Source of the DNA: Myxococcales bacterium
GTDB taxonomy: Bacteria; Myxococcota_A; Polyangia; Polyangiales; Ga0077539
Assembly (NCBI GenBank): GCA_030652255.1
Contig: JAUSAZ010000196.1
Location: 10,875-74,874 of the forward strand
DNA length: 64,000 nucleotides
Direction: 5' to 3'
The notes under the pieces are model-generated. The model was not told the origin of the DNA, ran no database searches, and worked only from the letters and a program-made list of their open reading frames with translations. The translations under genes and the position numbers were made by a program. Below are positions 18,101 to 27,198 of this stretch, one piece after another (position 1 is the first letter of the stretch; each line of letters starts with the position of its first letter).

Positions 18101-18766
18101 GCCAGCCCCGAGCAGGCGGCGCGCATCCGTGAGCTCGCCGAGAGCCTCGATGCCCACCGCAAGGCGCGGCAGGCGGCGCACCCGACGCTCACGATGACGG
18201 GCATGTACAACGTGCTCGCGAAGCTCCGCGCTGGCGATCCCCTCACCCCGAAGGACCAGGAGATCCACCAGCAGGGTCTGGTCTCGGTGCTCAAGCAGCT
18301 CCACGACGACCTCGACGCGGCGGTGTTCGCGGCCTACGGCTGGGACCCTGCGCTGACGGACGAGGAGATCCTGGCGAAGGTGGTGGCGCTCAACGCCGAG
18401 CGGGCGGAGGAGGAGTCCCGCGGGGTGATCCGGTGGTTGCGACCGGCGTTCCAGAACCCCGGCGGGGCGAAGGCGGCGACGCAGGAGACCATGGACCTCG
18501 GCGACGAGCCCGACGAGGCCGCGGCGGTGGCGGCGACGGCGGCGAAGGCGGTGGGTCCGTGGCCGAAGCGGGCGTCGGAGCAGTTCGCGGCGGTGAGGGA
18601 CCTGCTGGCGACGAGGGCCTCGGCGTGGAGCGCCGCGCAGGTGCAGGCGGCCTTCAAGGGCGCGCCCGCGGACGAGGTCGAGGAGATGATGGCGACGCTG
18701 GTGGTGTCGGGGCAGGCGGTGGGCTTCGCGACGGCGGAGGGGGAGCGGTGGCAGCGGGCGGGGTGA
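15158..18766 (+). CDS. MmeI-family type IIL/IIG restriction-modification enzyme (fused endonuclease, N6-adenine methyltransferase and specificity domain)
   Basis: N-terminal D..EAK nuclease motif ([17 protein letters not shown]). [25 protein letters not shown]. SAM motif [13 protein letters not shown]. Catalytic [10 protein letters not shown]. C-terminal blocks [40 protein letters not shown] and [11 protein letters not shown]. Start at ATG 15158 ([10 protein letters not shown]); the upstream ORF extension was rejected. Confidence 0.85.
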   Translation: [1202 protein letters not shown]

Positions 18767-18904
18767 GCGGGGCTGACGGAGCGGGGCGCGGAGTGATAGG
18801 CACAGGCGTTAAGCGGCGATCGGTCGGCCCCCCAGGGCGGCGTTGCCAAAACTGCTTGTTTTTCCATGCCGCGGGATGAATCCCTGATCCTTCCCGGAAT
18901 GTTT

Positions 18905-19183
18905 CGGCCATGCGTTGGAGGTCGCGCAGCCCGCCGTACGTCGCCGGGGTTCGGGCGTTGGCCCTACACCCCGGGCAAGCGCAGGCAGGCGCCCGCTCCG
19001 CGGGCTGTCGAACCGAAGCTCCATGAACCTGCCTGAGGTCGGTGTGCTCGCGTCCGGAAGGTCGATCGAGTTCCTGTTCGAAAGCCCCGCCAGGGGCGCC
19101 TGCCTGCGCTTGCCCGGGGTGTAGGGCCAACGCCCGAACCCCGGCGACGTACGGCGGGCTGCGCGACCTCCGACGCATGGCCG
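18905..19183. repeat. Palindromic repeat element, family A (90-nt near-perfect inverted arms, ~99-nt centre)
   Basis: Arm 18905-18994 is the reverse complement of 19094-19183 with one mismatch seen. The core caccccgggcaagcg.a.gcaggcgcccgct.cgcgggct.tcgaac is shared with 33028-33259. Confidence 0.8.
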
Positions 19184-19328
19184 ACCGGTGGCTGCCGGAA
19201 GCCGACGAGCAGCGATGGACCGACGCTCAGGCGGAGATCGCGGCGCTCGCGGCGCGCATCAGGCTGCGCGCGGACGGCACCGACGAAGAGGCCTGAGCCC
19301 CGCGTCGGCGTAGGGGGCCTTCGGGCGG

Positions 19329-19736
19329 ATCGTTCAGCGTGAGCCGCGGGGCATGGACGAGATCGGTGGAGAGCCCATGGGGCCCTGTCGCAGGGGTTCT
19401 GCCGGGTTGGAGAGCACCCGCCCACGCCCGCCCGATGCGCCTCGCCGTCGCGTCCGCGACGGGGTGCCCGCTCACGCCCGCTGTCCTCGTCTGGACGCTG
19501 GACGGCGCAGTCGCCTCGTCGGAGAGGACGACTGCCCGGTGAGCGGGCACCCCGTCGCGGACGCGACGGCGAGGCGCATCGGGCGGGCGTGGGCGGGCAC
19601 CCCGTCGCAGACGCGACGGCGAGGCGCATCGGGCGGGCGTGGGCGGGTGCTCTCCAACCCGGCAGAACCCCTGAGACAAGGGCCCCTGGGGCTCTCCACC
19701 GATCTCGTCCATGCCCCGCAGCTCACGCTGAACGAT
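19329..19736. repeat. Giant imperfect palindrome (~408 bp) containing a 50-bp tandem duplication in its right arm
   Basis: Left arm from 19329 (atcgttcagcgtgagccgcggggcatggacgagatcggtggagagccc...) is mirrored by the right arm ending at 19736. 50-bp unit gggcaccccgtcgc.gacgcgacggcgaggcgcatcgggcgggcgtgggc occurs at 19545-19594 and 19595-19644. Confidence 0.8.
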
Positions 19737-19775
19737 TCCCCCTTCGGGGGGGGAGGCGTAGGGGGTGAGCGTCTC

Positions 19776-19948
19776 GAGAGACTCCCCCCTCTCTCCAACC
19801 GCCGCCCGTAGCCCTCCGAGAGACCCCCTCCCCTCGCCAACCGCTCCCCCGCAGGGTTCAGAGAGACCCCCTCCCCTCGCCAGCCGCTCCCCCGCGGCGT
19901 TCGGAGAGCCCCCCCTCTCTCTCCCACCGCTACCTCCCAGCGTCGTGG
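19776..19948. repeat. Four tandem ~43-bp C-rich units (G-rich on the minus strand) upstream of CDS 20080
   Basis: Units start gagagac(c/t)ccc(c)tc... at 19776, 19818, 19861 and 19904. A related 3-unit array lies at 25547-25676. Confidence 0.7.
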
Positions 19949-20079
19949 GACTCCTACCCACCTCTTCCTACTGAAATTCGCGGCATTTCTCTTCGATCGT
20001 GACACCCCTTCGCGCCCGTCGGTACGGTCGCCGGGAAGAGTGCCGCCCCTTCAGGCCGCACCGGGAGGAACCCACTGCC

Positions 20080-20916
20080 ATGGCTCACACATTCGTCCGA
20101 ATCGACGCGTCGAACTACACGAGCGTCCCCCGGATCAACGCCCAGAGCGGCGTCGGCCTCACCCGCGCGATGCTCGTCGCGCTGCCGAAGGACCCTGCGG
20201 CCCCGGTGAAGCACGCCGCCCGCGCGGCGCGCGCCGCGGCGGTGAAGCTACAGGCCGCCAACGGGGCCGCGGCCGAGGCCGCCTCGGCGGACACCTCGCC
20301 CCGCAACGCGCGGGTCATCGACAACGAGGCCGACGCCCTGCACGGCGCCGTTCTTCGCCGCCTCGCCGACCACGCGCTGCTCGCCGGTCACGACGACGGC
20401 CTCGCCGCCTCGATCGCGACGCTGAAGCGGGCGCTCTACCCTGACGGCGGCGACTTTCTCCGCGGCGACATGCTGACGCAGTGGCAGGCGACCGAGGAGT
20501 GGTACGAGCGGCTCGTCGCCGACGGGCGGGAGAAGGCACTGCGCGCCGCGGTGGGCGACGCGTTCGTCGACGCCCTCGCCGCGGTGCACGCCGAGTACGG
20601 CACCGTCGTCGGAACGACCGCGGCGCAGCGCCGGGTCCCTGCGAAGGTCGACCTCGCCACGCCCCTCGCCGCCCTCGCCGAGCGGCTGCAGGACCTCGCG
20701 CTCCAGCTCGTCGCGCTCGCCAACGACGGCGGCGCGAGCGACGACCACCGCGCCGCCGCCCGCGAGGCGCTCGCCCCGATCGACCGGCACCGCGCCAGCA
20801 ACGCCCGCCGCGGCGCCGCGAAGGCCACGCCCGCCGAGCCCGTCGCCGAGCCGAAGCCCGAGGCGAAGGGAGAGGCGAAGCCCACCGACGCCGACGAGCC
20901 GCTGCCCGAGGTGTAG
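20080..20916 (+). CDS. Hypothetical Ala-rich protein (278 aa) with KPE-rich C-terminal tail
   Basis: ATG 20080 preceded by GGGAGGA. GC3-biased. A decayed paralogue lies at 25809-26349. No family recognised. Confidence 0.6.
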   Translation: MAHTFVRIDASNYTSVPRINAQSGVGLTRAMLVALPKDPAAPVKHAARAARAAAVKLQAANGAAAEAASADTSPRNARVIDNEADALHGAVLRRLADHALLAGHDDGLAASIATLKRALYPDGGDFLRGDMLTQWQATEEWYERLVADGREKALRAAVGDAFVDALAAVHAEYGTVVGTTAAQRRVPAKVDLATPLAALAERLQDLALQLVALANDGGASDDHRAAAREALAPIDRHRASNARRGAAKATPAEPVAEPKPEAKGEAKPTDADEPLPEV

Positions 20917-21112
20917 ACCGCCCCTCCCTCGCGGTCGGGATCTGGCTCCGGTCGCTGACGACGCCGCGCCTCCGACAGCGCCGTCGCACGGCCGTGGCAG
21001 CCGTCTGCACGCTCGTTCCCCCCGCAACCCGCTGACCGGCGGGGCCCTTTATCCCCCTCATCACCCTCCATCGGCCTGCCGATTGCTCCATCAGTGCCCT
21101 ACGCTCATCGAG

Positions 21113-22278
21113 ATGAGCGACGAGCTGCTGTCCGAAGGCCTGAGGGCCATTCGCCCCCAGGTCGAGGCGGTGGTCGCCGGGGTGATACGCCCGCGGGCCG
21201 AGGAGGTCGATCGCGAGGGCGCGTGGCCCGAGCACTCGATGCACGCGCTGGCGGGCGCCGGACTGCTCGGGCTCCAGGTGCCGAAGCGCTACGGCGGGCA
21301 CGGGCAGGGGCTGCTCGCGCTCGCCACGGTCACCGAGTCCATCGGCGCGGCCTGCGCGTCGTCGGCCCTGTGCTTCGGGATGCACTGCGTGGCCACGGCG
21401 GTCATCGCGGCCAGGGCCACGCCCCACCACGCCGAGCGCTACCTCCGCCCCATCGCGGAGGGGCGCCACGTGACCACCCTCGCGCTCTCCGAGAGCGGCT
21501 CCGGCGCGCACTTCTACCTCCCGGCGACGACCCTCTCGCGCGACCCCGACGGACGCTGGGTCGTCGAGGGCGGCAAGCAGTTCGTCACCAACGGCGGCCA
21601 CGCCGACTCGTACGTCGTCTCCCTCATCGGCGAGGCGCGGACCGCGGAGTCCGGGGAGTTCAGCTGCCTCGTCATGGACCGCGACCTGCGCGGCATGAAC
21701 TGGCTCGACCCCTGGCGGGGCATGGGCATGCACGGCAACTCCTCCCGCGCGGTGCGCTTCGAGGGCGTGAGGGTGCCAGCCGAGAACCTCCTCGGCGCGG
21801 AGGGAGACCAGAACTGGTACGTGTTCGAGGTCGTCGCGCCGTACTTCCTCATGGCCATGGCCGGGACCTACCTCGGGCTGGCGCAGGCCGCGGTGGACGC
21901 GACGATCCAGCACCTGCGCGACCGGCGGTACGCGCACTCGGGCGAGACGCTGGGCGAGGCCCCGGTGCTACAGCACCGGCTCGCGGAGATCTGGGCCGAC
22001 GTGCAGAAGACCCGCGGGCTCATCTACAACGCCGCGCGCCTCGGAGACCTGGGCGACCCGGGCTTCCTGCCGCACATCTTCGCGTGCAAGGCCGAGGCGG
22101 CGGACACCGCGGTGCGGGTGACCAACGAGGCCCTGACCCTCTGCGGCGGCTCGGCCTACCGGGAGAACAGCCAGCTCGCCCGCCTCCTGCGGGACGCCCG
22201 CGCGAGTCACGTGATGTCCCCGACCACCGATCTGCTCAAGCAGTGGACGGGGCGGGCCCTGCTCGGTCTCCCGCTGCT

Positions 22279-22282
<4 letters not shown>
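21113..22282 (+). CDS. Acyl-CoA dehydrogenase-fold flavoprotein
   Basis: Typical ACAD N-terminus (REEVDREGAWPEHSMHALAGAGLLGLQVPKRYGG) and C-terminus (TLCGGSAYRENSQLARLLRDARA). Start taken at ATG 21113 (MSDELL) rather than TTG 21083. Confidence 0.85.
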
Positions 22283-24867
<2,585 letters not shown>

Positions 24868-24879
24868 TGTTCTGCGGCG

Positions 24880-25470
24880 ATGCGGCAGATGGATCCCCTG
24901 CACACCTTCGCGCAGCGCGCGATCCATGAGTCCGGCGGGGTACGCTCGACCGAGGAGATCGCGCGAGACCGGCGCGAGACGGCGCGTACGAACTGCCAGC
25001 GCTCCTTCTGGATGCTCACCGGGCTCGGCCTCGCGTCGGCCATCGCAGGGCTCGCGGGCGTCGGGTACTACCTCTCCGCCGTGGCCGGGCTCGTCACCAT
25101 GGACGAGAAGCTGCGATCGGGCGTGCTGATCGCCGCCGTGACCATCGGGATCATGGGGACCCTCTTCGTCTACCTGGCGCGCAGCTTTCGGCTGCCGTGG
25201 GACCTCCGCACCCGCGGTCGCCCCGCGCGCGCCGTGGTGATCGCGTCGGAGGTCGGGGTGCGCGTTCGGCAGGGAAAGCGCGGTCCCATCACCGCGACGA
25301 TCCTCGAGCTCCGTGTCGCGGTGCACGTCGAGGGGACGTCGCCCTATGAGACCCGCGCCCGCGCCGTCGAAGAGGTCCACGGGCGCCTGGTGCCTGGCCA
25401 GGAGACCGTCGTGCTCGTCGACCCCGCGAAGCCCTCCCGGGTGCTCGTGCGCGACGCGCTGATCGGGTGA
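24880..25470 (+). CDS. Membrane protein, hypothetical (2 TM plus a beta-rich C-terminal domain)
   Basis: Hydrophobic helices FWMLTGLGLASAIAGLAGVGYYL and VLIAAVTIGIMGTLFVYL. GC3-biased ORF. Confidence 0.55.
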   Translation: MRQMDPLHTFAQRAIHESGGVRSTEEIARDRRETARTNCQRSFWMLTGLGLASAIAGLAGVGYYLSAVAGLVTMDEKLRSGVLIAAVTIGIMGTLFVYLARSFRLPWDLRTRGRPARAVVIASEVGVRVRQGKRGPITATILELRVAVHVEGTSPYETRARAVEEVHGRLVPGQETVVLVDPAKPSRVLVRDALIG

Positions 25471-25546
25471 GGGGCGCGAAACGGACCGGGTGCGTGTAGC
25501 TTTCGTGCGTCGCCCACCGCACTCGAAGCTGGCACCGCCGCGAGCA

Positions 25547-25676
25547 ATTCCCTCCCCCCCCCTCTCCAGCCGCCGCCCGTTGCCCTCCGAGAGCCCCCCT
25601 CCCCCTCTGCAACCGCCACCCGTAGCCCTACGGGAGGCCCCCTCCCCTCGGTTCTCGCCACGCCCTTGCGTCGTGG
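25547..25676. repeat. Three tandem ~43-bp C-rich units, paralogous to 19776-19948
   Basis: Same motif family (..ccgagagcccccctccccctc..ccgcc..cgtagccct..). Same position relative to the downstream paralogue. Confidence 0.6.
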
Positions 25677-25808
25677 GAGGCCCGCCTACCTGTTCCCACC
25701 AGAATCCGGCGCGTTGTCGATCGCTGGCGACTCACCGGCGCGCCCGTCGCTAGCGTCCGAGGAAGGCGTGCCGCCCCTGTCGGGCGCACCGGGAGGTCAT
25801 CCACTGTC

Positions 25809-26349
25809 ACGGCTCAACCCTTCGATCGCCTCGATGCGTCCCAGTACACCAGCATCCCCCGCATCAAGCCCCAGAGCGGGGTCGCGCTCACCCGCGCGGC
25901 GACATGCTCACCCAGTGGCAGGCACCGAGGAGTGGTTCGGACGCCTGCGCGAGGCGGGCCGCGAGAAGGCCCTGCGCGCCCTGGTGGGCGACGCCTTCGC
26001 CGACGCGATCGCGACGGTGCACGCCGAGTACGGCGAGGTCGTGGGCACCACGAAGCCGAAGCGCCCGGAGCCCGCGAAGATCGACGTCGCCACGCCCCTC
26101 GCCGCCGTCGCCCAGGGGCTACAGGACCTCGCGCTCCAGCTCGTCTCGCTCGCCAACGACCGCAGCGCCACCGAGGCGCAGCGCGCCGCCGCCCGCGCCG
26201 CCCTCAGCCCGATCGACCGGCACCGCGCCAGCAACGCCCGCCGCGGCGCCGCGAGGGCCACGCCCGCCGAGCCCGTCGCCGAGCCGAAGCCCGAGGCGAA
26301 GGGAGAGGCGAAGCCCACCGACGCCGACGAGCCGCTGCCCGAGGTGTAG
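25809..26349 (+). pseudogene. Decayed paralogue of CDS 20080-20916: start codon lost and an internal frame-shifting deletion of ~290 bp
   Basis: ccactgccATGgctcac (20072-20088) corresponds to ccactgtcACGgctcaa (25801-25817). Sequence 20170-20460 is absent, and the junction acccgcgcggcgacatgct leaves the N- and C-terminal parts in different frames. The last ~150 codons are closely similar to the intact copy, including an identical tail TPAEPVAEPKPEAKGEAKPTDADEPLPEV. Confidence 0.6.
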
Positions 26350-26591
26350 ACCGCCCGCCCAGGCCCGCCACCAGTGGGCGGGTGCCTCGCTCTCACGGTC
26401 GGGGTCTGGCTCCGGTCGCTGACGCGGTACGAGCGCGGCGCCGTCAGCGAGGTCGCGGTCGTACCGGGGAGGCGCTCACTGACGAGGTCGCGGTCGTACT
26501 CCGACCGTCGAGAGTCCAGGGCCACCCCCTTGACAACGCGCTGCGTTAACCTAGACGTGACGCGTCGAGTCAACGACGTGAGGTGACGACC

Positions 26592-27056
26592 ATGGAGACG
26601 CAATCGCAGGACACGGCCCGGATGACCCGCATCGAGGCCGCACGACAGGCCGCGCTGGGCACCCTCTCTCGCGCCCGGGAGACGCTGCAGGTCGCGGCAA
26701 CGACGGTTCCGGCGTGGGCGCGCGGCGTCGAGACCAAGGCCGGCGAGACCGTCGATGCCCTGCTCGAGCGCGTCGGCCTGGTGCGCATCGCCCGCGTCGA
26801 GGCCCAGCGCCCGGGCGCCACCGCCGCCGCGACCAGCGAGCCGACCCCGGTCGAGGCCGCGGCCCCGGTCGACGCCGCAGCCCCGGTCGAGGCGCCCACC
26901 GACGCCGCCGAGGAGACCGCCGAGGTCACCGCCGAGGCGGTCACCGAGGCCGCTGCCGGGGAGACCACCGACGCGCCCGCCGGAGAGGCCGCCCAGGGCC
27001 CCGCGGCGACGGTCGAGCCCGCGGGCGACCGCTCGGGCCGCCGCCGCCGTCGCTGA
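26592..27056 (+). CDS. Hypothetical small protein, Ala/Glu/Thr/Pro-rich with RRRRR C-terminus
   Basis: ATG 26592 preceded by GAGGTGA. GC3-biased. Low-complexity C-terminal half. No family recognised. Confidence 0.4.
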   Translation: METQSQDTARMTRIEAARQAALGTLSRARETLQVAATTVPAWARGVETKAGETVDALLERVGLVRIARVEAQRPGATAAATSEPTPVEAAAPVDAAAPVEAPTDAAEETAEVTAEAVTEAAAGETTDAPAGEAAQGPAATVEPAGDRSGRRRRR

Positions 27057-27198
27057 CACCCAACACCCGCGACCGCAAAGCCGCGCGCGTGAAGGCCGCG
27101 CCGATGTTGCTTCGACGCACCGGGGTGGTGTTCGATACCCGCGTCAGCGCCCCGCCGGACTCGCAGCAACACACGGGGCCGCTCACTGGAGAAGCCTC

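Noticed and set aside
15158-18766. Alternative call as BREX PglX methyltransferase.
   Set aside because: The N-terminal D..EAK nuclease-like motif and MmeI-type C-terminal blocks are present. No brxA/brxB/brxC/pglZ/brxL-like genes lie within 10 kb on either side.
18905-19736. Considered a retron msr/msd, an IS element or a prophage att site for the palindromic block.
   Set aside because: No reverse transcriptase, transposase or integrase ORF lies in or next to the block. No obvious target-site duplications were seen. Kept as repeats of unknown function.
25666-25808. Upstream part of ORF 25666..26349, which would make the decayed paralogue look like an intact 227-aa gene.
   Set aside because: This part is translated from the C-rich tandem repeats and from the out-of-frame N-terminal remnant. 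It has no similarity to the intact paralogue's N-terminus.
26530-26557. Sigma-70-like promoter TTGACA-N16-TAGACG upstream of CDS 26592.
   Set aside because: The -35 hexamer is perfect but the -10 is poor, and myxobacterial promoter consensus is uncertain. Noted only.
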